This document shows, one piece after another, positions 26,020-41,000 of a stretch of DNA of 64,000 nt. The stretch is from Phoronis australis. Taxonomy: Eukaryota > Animalia > Phoronida. Position 1 is the stretch's first letter; every line of letters starts with the position of its first letter. The stretch spans positions 923,414-987,413 of the forward strand of contig NMRA01000107.1 in the NCBI GenBank assembly GCA_002633005.1, in the 5' to 3' direction. Made by a program: the position numbers and the translations under genes. Under the pieces are notes generated by a model. That model saw only the letters and a program-made list of their open reading frames with translations. It was not told the origin of the DNA and ran no database searches.

Positions 26020-26585
26020 TGGCCGGTCCGTTAGAAGCGCCGGTATCGAAAAAGCACGGGAAAAGGCCACTTAAAAACACCATTTTAAAATAATAAAGCT
26101 CCGGGTCTCAAATAAGCGTGGGGTCTCAAATAAGTGCCCAGGCGGCTAGCTATTAAAGACTAAGTGACTGAAACTACAGGTCTGGCCACAGCTTACTGTT
26201 TTACTGGATAATCTAAGGCCTATTGTTAACAAATTTTAAGAAAACATCACGAATGGAAATCAATGAGTAGATGCGTTGAAAGCGTTGAAAACTAAAATGA
26301 CGTAAAAGTTGTTTTAAAAACGTATACATTAAGTAAAAAACCAGTCTTGGACTCGTTTGGACATGGTTGACAAGTGAAACGAACACTTTTCAAAACAATG
26401 CTCATTGACACCATGCTGTTGAATAAAGCTGGGAACTTACTGGTCAACAATAAGCGGGCACTGGGTCTGCAAAATTAGCCCAGCTTGTTGAATATGCGCC
26501 TGGTTTTAAATAAGCGCCGGTTTGGAATAAAAGCTGGGTCAAAATTGTTTTCAAATAATGAGCTCCCGGGCGCTAATACGCGATC
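26020..26585. mobile_element. Probable non-autonomous DNA transposon with AATAAGCG subterminal repeats
   Basis: Clustered aataagcg/aataaagct motifs near both ends (~26090-26140 and ~26420-26575); termini not resolved. Confidence 0.4.
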
Positions 26586-27469
26586 TGATCTAGCTAGCTC
26601 AGTCGCAGGAGTTGACTTCCTGTACATGTATAGTAACCATTAAATGATTTTGACGCGTCCTTGCATCTTTTGTTCCGAACGAGGACTGCGATCATTTAAG
26701 TGGCGAGTTATTGAAGTGCAAGGAGTGTGCGAAACCGGCCTCGAAATTGAGTCGCCGCGGCTTAGTACCGCAGAGAACCATACTATAACTTGTTTCCAGG
26801 GCTTACTGCAGACATGTCTTTATATTCACGTAGATAATAACAATATAATTAGTAATGAATGTCCCATTAAGAAATCATAACTGGTCTGAAAACAATGCTG
26901 CAGCTAAGCGTATGGACTGATCATGTGAGTTGCCTTAGGAGTCAGTGGATTGTTTAATAAAGTCTTCCCTTCACAGGCCATTCTATACAAATGCAAATAC
27001 AAATAGTTTGTTATTATACCTTGAGGCTATAAGCACTGAGATGTCATTCAAAAAAACAATAAACAATATTAAAGTTAATCACAGGGGTCAGTTTCAATCA
27101 ATCCTATCCTCCTAGCTGTAGGGTAATATAATAATTTTATTATAATTTGCTACAGTAAAACGCAATAATTCAATAATTTCTTCAGTCTATGAATTGGGGT
27201 AAGACCAAGATCAGACTGGTAGACGTACTTTCCATAATTCAGAATACAAACTGCAGACACAGGCACTCGTCCTCACAGGAGCGACACAGGCCAAACGGAA
27301 AACTAGATCGCAAGCTCCTAACATAGATATCAGTAGATAAGCCTGTCTATTGTTCATTTTGTTTTTCTCATAATAAAGGTAATCGTAACAAGTTGTCGAT
27401 AATCTGTTGATGTGCTCCTAAGCTCCGATATCCCAGCGACCTGTATTGTTATATCCAACAAAGAAAACA

Positions 27470-30400
27470 GTGGTAGCGTCCTATAGGCGATAATCATGCG
27501 ATGCGCTTACGCCCGTTAAAAAATAGCTTAACAACTCCATGCTACGTCTCTTGGCATGTGCATGTCGACCACATTCCATCTAAAGTTATTGTTAGAAAAC
27601 CTTTGTCTAGCCACTGAGCTAATAAAAATAAGTGGTAATGGATACCACAAGTTCATTTCTATGCAGAAATGAGACTTAATAATGCAAAAGGTACCGAACG
27701 ATGAGCTGTTCTGGACAATTGTTCGTCGCTACTGTACATAACAATCAAGTCATATTCTTTCTTTGAAGGCAGTTATATATGTTTTATTATAACCTAGGGC
27801 ACCTTGATGAAGCTACTCATCACCAATGTTGTACATACGTAATAAATTTTTTGCCGATACTGCATAGTTTTGTATCTCTGCTTCATTTAGGGAAAATAAC
27901 ATAAACACAGCTTTGCTGGTTCTTGATCTGGGTAACATTATTAGCTTGACCCATTATTTAACACATTTGATATAATAATTCACAAACTTTTAAAAGGAAA
28001 TCTGTCACATTCACCTAATACGACAGCATTAGAAGTTTCACAAAGAAAACATTTTACAAAATTTTATATGCACTTGTTCAATGGACTTGTACTGTATTCA
28101 CAAAATCGATAGATTTTTAACCATACTGAGGTAAGGATAGATAAAACCTTGTCAAAATCTGAAACTTAGGTTCTCGATACTGCAAACTTTTGGTCTTGAA
28201 TGAGGCCTTACTTGCTTGTCGAAATAAGGTTTCATTTTTTTGTACCAAGATAATTTGGGCGTGAGGTAGTAAGATATTATGGATTTTGTAGGATGGAGCT
28301 GTCTTAATTTGCTGATTGCCAAAGAACCATGTCACACACATGTGCGCGCATCGGTGGCATGAATGACCGGTAATTGATGGTTCAGCCCAGTTCCTCCCAC
28401 ACGGGCTTATGTTGGTACGCAACAAAATATATATCCAAATTGTTTTCAGTTTCCTGTAATTTCAGAAAACAGTGAGCCGAATCTCAGCTCTTGCTTCACT
28501 TCTCTTCGCTAAGACCGAGAATTTCCAATAAAGCGCCCTGAGCGACAATGATTTCTTCACTGAAGTCGCTTTTTTATTCCTGAAACAGCCCCCATGAGCG
28601 CTTTTTCGAGAGCAGTGATTCAATCACGTCACTAATTGCAGTTCCAAAAGAGGTGCCCGTGTGCGCTGTTTCTTCAGTTTTTTCGATTAATAAGCGGCGT
28701 CAACAACCGCATGTCAGGAGCTTTGCGTTCCCAAGTCGTTGAACGATTTCTTAGTGGAAAGAGCTGCAGATTGGTGCACGCAAGTTGTAGGATTATCCTA
28801 CTAAATACTTTCCCTGGTATTGGTAGCAGCGTTATCCCTCGATGGATGCTACAGTTTCCAAGGTCTCCTTTCCTTGGTAATTTTATTATGTGCCCTTCTT
28901 TCCAACCGTCTGGGAAGATTTCATCTGGCCATACTTTGTGGAAGAGGTCGTTCAATAACTTTGCAGTTGAAGGGATGTCGGCCAGTAGTGCCTCTGGGGG
29001 GATATNGTGGTAGCGTCCTATAGGCGATAATCATGCGATGCGCTTACGCCCGTCAAACAATAGCTTAACAACTCCATGCTACGTCGTTTGGCATGTGCAT
29101 GTCGACCACATTCCATATAAAGTTATTGTTAGAAGACCTTTGTCTAGCCACTGAGCTAATAAAAATAAGTGGTAATGGATACCACAAATTCATTTCAATG
29201 CAGAAATGAAACTTAATAATGCAAAAGGTACCGAACGATGAGCTGTTCTGGACACTTGTTCGTCGCTACTGTACATAACAATCAAGTCATTTTCTTTCTT
29301 TGAAGGCAGTTATATATGTTTTATCATAACCTAGGGCTCCTTGATGAAGCTACTCATCACCAATGGTGTACATACGTAATAATTTTTTTGCCGATAATGC
29401 ATAGTTTTGTATCTCTGCTTCATTTAGGGAAAATAACATAAATACAGCTTTGCTGATTCTTGATCTGGGTAACCTTATTAGCTTGACCCATTATTTAACA
29501 CATTTGATATAATAGTTCACAAACTTTTAAAAGGAAATCTGTCACATTCACCTAATACGACAGCATTAGAAGTTTCACAAAGAAAACATTTTACAAAATT
29601 TTATATGCACTTGTTCAATGGACTTGTACTGTATTCACAAAATCGATAGATTTTTTAACCATACTGAGGTAAGGATAGATAAAACCTTGTCAAAATCTGA
29701 AACTTAGGTTCTCGATACTGCAAACTTTTGGTCTTGAATGAGGCCTTACTTGCTTGTCGAAATAAGGTTTCAGTTTTTTGTACCAAGATAATTTGGGCGT
29801 GAGGTAGTAAGATATCATGGATTTTGTAGGATGGAGCTGTCTTAATTTGCTGATTGCCAAAGAACCATTTCACACACATGTACGCGCATTGGTGGCATGG
29901 ATGACCGGTAATTGATGGTTCACCCCAGTTCCTTCAACACGGGCTTATGTTGGTACGCAACAAAATATATATCCAAATTGTTTTCAGTTTCCTGTAATTT
30001 CAGAAACCAGTGAGCCGAATCTCAGCTCTTGCTTCGCTTATCTTCGCTAACACCGAGAATTTCCAATAAAGAGCCCTGAGCGACAATGATTTCTTCACTG
30101 AAGTCGCTTTTTTATTCCTGAAACAGCCCCCATGAGCGCTTTTTCGAGAGCAGTGATTCAATCACGTCACTAATTGCAGTTCCAAAAGAGTTGCCCATGT
30201 GCGCTGTTTCTTCAGTTTTTTTCGATAAATAAGCGGCGTCAACAAGCGCATGTTAGGAGCTTTGCGTACCCAAGTCGATGACCGATTTCTTAGTGGAAAG
30301 AGCTGCAGATTGGTGCACGCAAGTTGTAGGATTATCCTACTAAATACTTTCCGTGGTATTGGTAGCAGCGTTATCCCTCGATGGATGCTACAGTTTCCAA

Positions 30401-30543
30401 GGTCTCCTCTCCTTGGTAATTTTATTATGTGCCCTTCTTTCCAATCGTCTGGGAAGATTTCATCTGGCCATACTTTGTGGAAGAGGTCGTTCAATAACTT
30501 TGCAGTTGAAGGGATGTCGACCAGTAGTGCCTCTGGGGGATAT
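27470..30543. repeat. Near-identical direct duplication across single-N join 29006 (probable haplotype overlap)
   Basis: 27470-29005 vs 29007-30543; the breakpoint is exactly at the N. Confidence 0.9.
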
Positions 30544-31945
30544 GCTCTGGTCCTGCGCCTTTTGCTGTCTTTAGGAATCTCAGAGAAAATGAAATTTCAT
30601 CTAGCGTTGGTGGTTCACAGTCGATTTTTAAGTCATGTCTTGCTGGCATAATATCTGGGGGATTGTCTGGTGGTCGTCTGTTGAGGAGTGCATCGAAGTG
30701 CACTTTCCATCTCTTCAGTTGGTTATCTTTTTCAAACACTTTTTCGTTTTTGTCTTTCACTGGTACCTCTGGTTTTCGATATCTGCCGGATAAGCGAGAC
30801 GTGTTTTGAAACACCATTCGCATGTGTACATTGGCTGTTGCTTCCTCCGTTTTTTCCGCTATGTCGTTCAGGAATTTTTCCTTATCGTTTTTAATGCTGT
30901 TCTTTACTTCTCTGTCGGCAGTCGTGTATGCTTCCTGTGCCATTGCTTTTTCAGCTCTTGTTTTGCTGTTGTGAACATTTTGCTTATTTGCTCTTCGTTC
31001 CTCTATTTTGCTTAAGGATTCCCGTGTTATCAATTCTTGGTGTGTCTGTTTCTTGTGTCCGAGCAATTCTTGGCCAGTGTCAGTGAAGGTTTCTCCTCCT
31101 CTTTTCGACATTGTTATTACATCATCGCTTACTTCCTCTTCTAGGTCCTGCAGTGACTGGAATTTGTTTGTGAGAGTTAGTTTAAACTCTTTCTTTTCTG
31201 TTCGTCTTGTAACAAGTTGATCTGATACTTCGGTTCCCATTGCTGCCTGATTTGAATCGTCTCAGCTTTATCCTAAGTTTTGCAAGCACAAGCTGTGGTC
31301 TGATCCGACATCTGCTCCTCTCATTACTCTCACATCTTCCACTGATCTCAGAATTTACGGGATATACAGAAATGGTAGATTTGATTTTCCGTTACTCCTT
31401 CAGGCGAGATCCATGTGACTTTGTGAATCCTGCTGTGTGGGAATGTAGTTCCTGCGACCACTAAGTTGTTGAAACCGCACAGGTCTTTGAACCTTTCTCC
31501 ATTGTCATTTTCCTCGCCGACTCCATGTTTTCCCATAGTTTCCTAATATCTGAAATTGATTTCTCCTACTTTTGCATTGGCATCTCCCATAATAATGTTG
31601 ATGTCCTTTTCTGGGAGTTTGTTGATCACTTGTTGTAGCCTGATGTAGATTTCATCTTTTGTCTCTTCCTCTGCTTCGTTTTTGGTGCAGATATGAATAA
31701 TGTTTATGTTGAATTTCTGTTTGGTGGTGAATGACGCTAGAATAATCCGAGGTGCATGCGGTTCCCATACTCTAAGTGTGTTTTGTGTCGACTTGCTGAG
31801 TAGTATTCCAACACCATCTTCATGCTTTCCTTCTTCATGTCCTGAGTGGATAAACTTTTCACCTGAGGATAAACGTTGCTCTCCGTGCCGGATCCAGTGG
31901 GTTTCGCTGATCCCAAGTATGTCGAGAGGTTTGCGGTACCGAGTA
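30320..31945 (-). mobile_element. RTE-clade LINE ORF2 remnant (AP endonuclease, linker, start of RT); frameshifted and 3'-truncated
   Basis: LDILGISETHW...GVGILLS...IIMGDANAKVG; NDNGERFKDLC...HKVTWISP; PDDWKEGHIIKLPRRGDLGNC..HRGITLL..FSRIIL. Partial duplicate at 28787-29005. Confidence 0.92.
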
Positions 31946-32274
31946 AATATTTTCACGAAGCACAGCAACCGAGACTAATAACTTTCATCTACACATGTAT
32001 ATAAAACGCGTATAGTGTAACATATTTATGACTCATATTTAAGTTTTAATCCCCATTTTTTCTCCAACTCCTGTGCAATAACCGTGTCACGTGACCGTAT
32101 TAATAACCATCTAGTTTATTACACAGCACGAGGCGTATGTGGTGTCTGAATTAGCCATATAAGCTGGTGGCATTTATTAGAGTCATGAGATATACAATTT
32201 GGTGGTGTAGACTCAAAACAACATTGAAACAAATTTCTGCATCAGATGACTTGTTTACCATCAGCAATCGTTCT

Positions 32275-32701
32275 CTGTGCTCTGTTGCATAAAAGAGTCC
32301 CAAATAGGGATTCAACTAAGTTCCCTAAATGTACTGCATATTTGTGGACTTGTTTAAACACTGATTATCTTTTCTTATAATGCTTGAGTGTCAATTTTTG
32401 GCTTTGGTACAAATAGAGAGTGAAATTTACGTTGAATTCTCAATATTGTCGAAAATAAGTAGAGATCTTTTCATGCAACGCTCCCAATTTAAGAACTGAG
32501 TCCTTAATTATAATGACTCAATTAAGGGCTAAGTTTTAGTTACATTATTTGAAAATATCATTAGTTAAAAAGGAACTCGTAGTAAAGATAAATGATAGAG
32601 AAAATGTTATACCTGTGAGAGAAGAATGAAGCAAATACTGAAAAGAATTAGGGAACTTGACTGAGTCCCTATTTGGGACTGTTTCATGCAACCGGGCACA
32701 G
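32275..32701. mobile_element. MITE with ~55-bp TIRs (PIF/Harbinger-like ends)
   Basis: ctgtgctctgttgcataaaagagtcccaaatagggattcaactaagttccctaa is the inverted match of ttagggaacttgactgagtccctatttgggactgtttcatgcaaccgggcacag. Confidence 0.8.
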
Positions 32702-35700
32702 TAAAGATGGTTAGCACTTTTCGACATATCATGAGTAAATCTAAAACATCTTATCAACATTTTAAGGCAGTCATAGGAGTGGACTGGTTGCATGGCGATC
32801 CTTGTATTCACGGAGGGGTAATAACCAACTCAATCATCGAAGGTGACATCTCTCGCCGTTGTACATGTATATAGGCTTCATGATTCCGCCCACTGTGTTG
32901 TTTCCAACCATAAATATTAATCGCCGTCCGACTATAAAAGTCAGGTCCGTAGCCACGGGGGTTCGGGGGCTTCGATCGAACCCTCCCCCCCACGAGGAAA
33001 AGGTCCAGCTCTAGTCTATCCGTTAGGATAAGATATGATTTGAATGGGCAACAAAATTGTTGTAGGTACTAGTTTTACTAACTACAATCATAAGCAGGTT
33101 AATATTAATTTTGAATTTGCTTCCGATGTAAAGCGCTTCACATAATCATCGGGACGTGTCCGGCCCGAGTAGTGACTACGTAGATGACGAATAGAAGATG
33201 CTTTATGTTATTCATCGGCACTGAAACATGCGCGCACCTAAGGGGCGGTCGGGGGACTCGAACAATCCCCCCATTTGGCAAAGTGAACTAAAAGGTCCGC
33301 CTCAGAGAAACAAAATGTCAGCCAAAACGAGACAAAAAGTCCATTAAAAAGGCGCAAACGCACAATTCATAGGTCTGGACGTGGTACCCCGTTTCTTTTT
33401 TAGCCATTACACTAACAACTACCAACAAATCGCTGATCACATTACAACCTTCAACAGAACCGAAAATGACTCTCCACTTATTTACCACACTATGATTAAC
33501 AAACGAAGTGAAGTGAGACATTTACCACAGTCGTGTAAACAGAGTCGACCAGTGTGGCTCCCAACCCATTTGACGGTTCGTCGAGTTCAGACGATGTAAA
33601 AATGCTAATGGAAGACATTCCAGTTATTTTTTACAAGAAGTACGTCGCCTACTGCATTATATGTTCAACCTTTAGACACTAAATGATACCAGTGTTGCTT
33701 CAAGTAGTTTCGGACACACAATAGCCACTGGCAAATTGCGCGTATTTTCATACTGATCTTTGGTTTATGGGCCCAATGTTGACCGGCAAATACTAACAGA
33801 AATCCCACATGCAGTGGAACATGAAATACTATGTAATTTTGTTTTTATTTCTTGGTTTTGGCGACACTAGGAATGAAAGTCGTTGACTTCCTGTGCCGTA
33901 GTACGTGTAGGCCTAGGTTGAACAGACGGCGCACATTTTTTATCGTTTGCTCAGTGCAAAAGCCTTTAATATGGTCTGCTTCAGTCACATCGCTTTAAGA
34001 TCAAATTGTCTGGGACCCTAGACAAATGCCCAAACTTGGTTAACTTTGAACCATCATATTATTTTTACATCAGTGTCATTATGTTCATAAACAACTTTAA
34101 AATTGCGCAAAACAAAACGAAATGTTATTACAGAAAACTGTTCTGCAACTTTTTTAAGCTTTCACCTTGAACATTTGATATCAAATAAAATTGATGTTAT
34201 TGATACCGTTATTTTGCCATCAATGTACCTTTTTTCAGAATTTTACAGAAAAACATGGTCACGCGTCATAATCTTTAAACGAATTGTAGAAGTAAAACAT
34301 ATAAACCTAGAGGCTTTCTAGTTTCAGGAAAAAACATAATTTTACTAGGTTCAATTCTTCAGTTCCGTAGAAGTCTGGATAATACGCAGATTTCTAAATA
34401 AGGTGTCGCCCAGCCCTGCATTTGTTAATGATGTCTTTAAATTTCGAAGATGTGCTGTCGAAAAAATGAAATGAAATCAAATCAAATCATGTTGTAACAT
34501 GTAAAGTTTAATGAAAATTTCTAGTTAACATACGTGCACTGAATTTTGGTGAATTTTGATGAATTTTCCTCCACACTGGCAACTGTCCCATGGTTGATGG
34601 TGAGCTTCACTGTTCGAACGACTTCCCTGTGTCAACACGTTAAAGAAAGCACGCTGCCATTGTTGCTGTTTACTTTAAACACCCTAAAAATACTCTTTCC
34701 GCTACATTTTAATCAAAAAACACAAAACGGATGGCAAGGTAACTTAGACTGAGTGCACCTGAACAGTAAACCCAAATAATGCTCACTTAACACAACTTCA
34801 AATATGTCAAGCATAACTAAATTTACGATGGATTTTTGATTGTGCACCACCACAAAAAAACTAACCGACTTAGTGAGTGACAGATGACTCATGCATTATG
34901 AGTACTCACTCAACTGTTGTCATACATGTATCTGATGCAGTTTCCATTGAAACCCAACCCACTTACATGTAAAAACTAATGGTAAAATAAGGCAAACACA
35001 AACAGCGATGAAAGTTAGAAAACGTTTATATTTTAAGGATACATGCATCTTTCGCCCTAGGAACAGCATTTGTGTTCTAAATTTCGTGAATAAAAGGAAA
35101 CAGTATTTTTAAACGAAAAAATAATTTGCACAAAAGCAGACAGAGATGTAAAGGGTAGCACTTACATTATTGAGGATTCACAGTTGGAAAACTCTAGTCA
35201 CTGAAGAAAATACTGCCAAAGAAACACTTTTAGGTACCAAGACAACGAAATGACGACTACTTACAGCTCCATGCGTGAATAAAACGACGCGTGTATACGC
35301 AGTTTATGCGGGTCCTTATATACGATTGCGTGTGAGCTTTACGACTTATATTGTCGTTGATACTGGTGCACAAGTTCTGATAACGTAACGTGAATGGCAC
35401 CGTAACTCTAAAAACGTGGTAGAGTGTGCGGTTGGCAACCTTAACATTTTTGTATTATCGAGTTCCGTTCTTCGCTGTCAAGAGTTGTCGTGTGAAACCA
35501 TTTGATAATAATACATAGCTGTTCTGTTTTACCAGACATTATGGTGACTTGGTAACACATTTTAGAATCCTGTGACAACTGAAAACAAAATATTGTGCCT
35601 ATTGGATACGTCTCTATTTTTTGACTTTCAGATAACCTGCAGTTTACGTCTCACGTCTTAATTTTTCTTCACACAGCGAGGATTATGTCTTAACGCCGAC

Positions 35701-35954
35701 ACTTGTTTAACTTAAACCGTCCACGCATAGAGGAATGTCGGAGTTGTGAAGTGTGTATTAGTTTATGCTTTGTTTTACTTTCATTCTGTTTAAAGCGTCT
35801 GGAAATGCGCCAAATACAAATTGATTAACTAAACCATTTATGGAAAATTAGTTTCAAGCTTCAAAAATGCAAACCACCCAACTCGTAAGATAACTTAACA
35901 GCTTATACATGCCTCCTAACACCAATGGCGGCATATTTCGACCACAAAAGTTAA

Positions 35955-38040
35955 AGGAGAATACCACCCCACTTAATTAGTCTTTTTACCGTCTTAATCG
36001 GTCTATATCTACAACACCTCGTATACGTTCGATCTTACTTCACCGAGAGCTGCCGCGGTAACCTGTGAGGAAGGGGAGAAACGACGCAGCGACGTAATTG
36101 GTTCTTCTACAAAGCGAGTTTCGCTATCGTGTGGTGTATCATACTCGCTTGTGCGAACTATGAAGCTGCGAGAAAAGCGGGTAAATCGTTTTTTTTTGTT
36201 TTCCTCAACAACCCATAACGCTTCGGAAGAAGCTCGCGGTAATGAACAATGAAACGTACGCCGTTAATACCAAGTATGAGACCGTGAAACTTTTCCGTGT
36301 CTGTGGCCGGCAGATCGTCGTCACTGACGATCGAATGCCGGCATACTAAACGGCTCATACCAGGGAAGAAAAAAGAGACTGGGAATGAAGTCAGATGTTG
36401 TGCCCAGTTCGTTTGCGTTCGGCAGGCAAGAGACAAAGAAACGCGGATCGGTTGTTGTTCAGTTTTTAATTATGGAGAATTGCAGTAGCCCATGAAAACA
36501 AACAATTAAATTAATTCAAGGCATGAGAACATAACGTTTTATGGAGTCATGTATATCCCGTTTGATGACTAACTCATTCTTCAGGCCCCTGTTCTGTCCT
36601 CTGGTTTAGGATGTTTTCGCCAGTTCTTTTTCCCAGCCCTAGAAAACGTCGTAAGCACACCCCTGTTTAGATGCAGTGCAAAATCAGGATGGTCAGTGAA
36701 ACACATCAGATCTGCGCTTCTCCATGAACGTTTTGCACTTGACGGAATTTCGTGGCAGCAAACGCTGGCGTCAGTCGTTTCCTTTATCGCGCAGTTAGCG
36801 CACTGACAGCATGACAAGTCATTCAAAGAGTACAACTATCCATATGCTCCGTTGTCTGTGCACGTTCACGGCGCCTCTCTAGTATTTCTTGATCATTGCA
36901 TTTCGGTTTGAACTGATAGCCTGTGAAACCTAACGGTCGACCTTTGGAGTCTCCGTAGGATGAGCACTCGTCTAAGTCGGGATTGAAAGTTGCCACCTTG
37001 ACGTTTATTATTGTGCGTTTTCTTTCAAAATTAATTATTCTCACCCTAACCAATGGTTATATCAAACTGAAACATGCCTTTGGCGTTTTCGTGAGTGCAA
37101 ATGTCTTGAGAAGCCAGCAACGAATAAATCACTGCGTTACCGGTGAAATAAACAAAAAAATTGGCCGGACACCGATGCCGTGTCAGCGCATGCTACCTCA
37201 GTGTTTGGTGACAGAAATCTGTTTTGAAACAATAACTTAATTTTATATCCTATGATCAGATGTTAGGGAAATCTTTATTTAGATATTAATATACATTACT
37301 CTACAACGTTTGCCCCGCCTGGCGGTTCTGTGGAAGGGTGACCAGACTTCGCGGCCCCCGACGAGCTAGTAAGTAGATTCCATGTTCGCTGCTAATCCAC
37401 CAAAATAACCACATGCACAATATTTCTTTGACTCACTAGTAGTCTTTTCGTGACTGGAAGCTTAGTTTCCAAATTTAGCTGGTTTATGTTCGTGGTGTCG
37501 TCAGTCCGGCCGCGACGGGCCTGATCGGGTTCCGAGCCACTGGCCGGGATAGCAAGCGTTTTGTGTGTTTAGAACGGAAAAGAATCATAAATCTAAATTT
37601 ACGACACACAGCTATGTTCCCCTATCTGTATTTAACGGACGAAAACTTGCATTTATGGCCAAACGGACCCCAAACTCCCACGCCCATCCTTGGTAAATTG
37701 GCCTACAGAACTTTGTGGGATTCGGTACGTTCAAATACCTATAAATCCATAAGAGCGAAATTAAACAACGCGTTAGTTCAATAACTCGATGTATTCGTAA
37801 GGATTTTAGTTCGAATTTTGATGATAAACTGGTGTAAAACGATGTAATTCGAGCGATAAGCTGACACCAGTAAGCGTGATATTAACTGCTGAACCGACTG
37901 CGTTGGGACCTGTGACGTCATTGGTTAATTTCAACACTGCTATCAGGTGTCTGGTAAAAGAACATCACTTGCTGTTATCGAGTAGAACTACTCGATCTAA
38001 ATTGATACAAAACAGGCTGTATTTTTGGTGACATTGTTCT
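35955..38040. mobile_element. Kolobok-like non-autonomous DNA transposon, copy 1
   Basis: TTAA|AGGAGAATACCACCC ... TGGTGACATTGTTCT|TTAA. Decayed THAP on + (~36128-36430: CANYEAARKAGKSFF..FP...RVCGR...KRLGMKSDVVPSSF) and a Cys-rich ORF relic on -. Inverted relative at 61939-63735. Confidence 0.8.
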
Positions 38041-41000
38041 TTAACATTTCAGAAAGTCCGCCTGAACAAAGATTTTACAAAAAATAATCAGCAAATTTTT
38101 AGTGTTATTATCTTGAAGTCGCACAGCATACAACCGAATCCTTGTTTCACATAGTTTCCCGTCACCTACAGCTGAATTGACGAACTATCTACACGACTTA
38201 TTGTTTCATTGCACCTGACACGCCGGGAGTGCATTGTATTTTATCCATTGTTTCGGTCAGCAACAACGCAAGAATTTCACTACGACGTGATTACACAGTG
38301 GTCAGACGACTTTGACACATCTTAATGGGCATTGTCAAAAATAACGACTCAAACTAATTCCAAGTCTCTTTGACGTCATCGTTTCATTTCCACATAGAGT
38401 TTAAAAAACGAAAGTCAATCTGGTGTAACATAACTTTAGTAAACCATGTGCAAATTAAAGACAGAGTTTGATACAACCTTCATATTAGAAACATCCTGCA
38501 AGAATTCGACTGTACATACACACGAATCTGTTGAAAGAAACAAAACGGATGTTGCTGTTTAAATGGTGTATTTGACGAATCGTATTTCATTGAACAAAAA
38601 AATTATCACCACGCCAGGTAGGTCCCAAGTCAAGTCAAAACCATAATCATTTCCAGTCACTTTAACAAAGTCTGAAATAAATGTGAATACATTGTACAGC
38701 AACAAGATTATTACGTTCAAAAAGGCACAATATGTAATGTATTTTGACAGAAAATACTTCAAAACTGCTTAAAAGTTTTAAACATTTATGCCGTCTTTGC
38801 AATTTTTTAATTGACTTGGGAAAAGATCACTATTGCCCGTTTTCCCGTTGCCTGAAAAATTAAACATTATTTAATCTTTGACATTTTAAGCGCTTTACGT
38901 TTGGAGAACATGACAGTTGAATGCAGTAAAAGTAATCGAGTGAAATAATAGAAAAAAATTGTTTAATACGATAAAGCATCATGAATCATGTACATGTATT
39001 TCTAACATTAATGTCATAACGATTATCAGTTAAGATTTCCATTGATTATAATGGCTATTTTTGGGAAAAGTTGCTCATTTCCGTCCATTTCTTCATGGGA
39101 CCCCGAGGAAAGTTCCACTTCCGCTTGGTATGANGCAAGAGACAAAGAAACGCGGATCGGTTGTTGTTCAGTTTTTAATTATGGAGAATTGTAGTTGCCC
39201 ATCAAAACATAAACAATTAAAATTAATTCAAGGCATGAGAACATACGTTTTAAACAGTCATGTATATTCTGTTTGATGACTAACTCATTCTTCAGGCCCC
39301 TCTTCGGTCCTCTGGTGTAGGATGTTTTCGCCAGTTCTTTTTCCCAGCCCTAAAAAACGTCGTAAGCCCACCTCTGTTTAGATGCAGTGCAAAATCAGGA
39401 TGGTCAGTGAAACACATCTGCGCTTCTCCATGAACGCTTTTCACTTGACGGAATTTCGTGGCAGCAAACGCTGGCGTCAGTCGTTTCCATTATCGTGCAG
39501 TTAGCGCACTGACAGCATCACAAGTCATTCAAACAGTTTTCGGAACTATCCATATGCTCCGTTGTCTGTGCACGTTCACGGCGCCTCTCTAGTATTTCTT
39601 GATCATTGTATTTCGTTTCGAACTGATAGCCTGTGAAAGTTGCCACCTTGACGTTTATTATTGTGCGTTTTCTTTCAAAATGAATTATTCTCACCCCAAC
39701 CAATGCTTATACCAATCTGAAACAAAGCCTGTCTCATTAGAGACAATTTGTAATGCCTTTGGAGTCTTCGTGCGTGCAAATGTTTTGAGAAGCCAGCAAC
39801 GAATAAATCACTGCCTTACCGGCTGTAAGTGAAATTAACAAAAAATTGGCCGGACAGCGATGCCGTGTCAGCGCATGCTAATTCAGTGTTTGCTTACAGA
39901 AATCTGTTTTGAAACAATAACTTAATTTTATATCATATGGTTAGATGTTGGGGAAATCTTTATTTAGATATTTATATACATTACTCTACAACGTTTGCCC
40001 CGTCTGGCGGTTCTCTGGAAGGGTAACCAGACTTCACTGCCCACGCTAGTAAGTAGATTGCAGGTTCGCTGCTAATCCACGAAAATAACCACGTGCACAT
40101 TATTTCTTTGGCTCACTAGTAGTCTTTTCGTGACTGGAAGTTTAGTTTCCAAATTTGGCTGGTTTATGTTCGTGATGTCGTCAGTCCGGCCGCGACGGGC
40201 CTGATCGGGTTTCGAGCCACTGGCCGGGATAGCAAGGGTTTTGTGTGTTTAGAACGGAGAAGAATCGCAAACCTAAAATTACGACACACAGCTATGTTTC
40301 CCTATCTGTATTTAACGGACGAAAAATTGCATTTATGACCAAACAGACCCCAAACTCCCGCGCCCATCCTTGGTAAATTGGCCTACAGAACTTTGTGGGA
40401 TTCGGTACGTTCAAATACCTATAAATCCATAAGAGCGAAATAAAACAACACGTTAGTTCAATAACTCGATGTATTCGTAAGGATTTTAGTTCGAATATTG
40501 ATGATAAACTGTTGTAAACCGATGTAATTCGAGCGATAAGCTGACACCAGTAAGCGAGATATTAACTGCTGAACCGACTGCGTTGGGACCTGTGACGTCA
40601 TTGGTTAATTTCAACACTGCTATCAGGTGTCTGGTAAAAGAACTTCACTTGCTGTTATCGAGTAGAACTACTCGATCTAAATTGATACAAAACAGACTGT
40701 ATTTTTGGTGACATTGTTTAACATTTCAGAAAGTCCGCCTGAACAAAGATTTTACAACAAATAATCAGCAAATTTTTAGTGTTATTATCTTGAAGTCGCA
40801 CATCATACAACCGAATCCTTGTTTCACATAGTTTCCCGTCACCTACAGCTGAATTGACGAACTATCTACACGACTTATTGTTTCATTGCACCTGACACGC
40901 CGGGAGTGCATTGTATTTTATCCATGGTTTCGGTCAGCAACAACGCAAGAATTTCACTACGACGTGATTACACAGTGGTCAGACGACTTTGACACATCTT

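Noticed and set aside
27237-27317. Cys-rich minus-strand stretch (ACDLVFPFGLCRSCEDECLCL) as a distal exon of gene B
   Set aside because: No recognisable domain pattern, incompatible phase with the ShKT exon, and 18 kb away.
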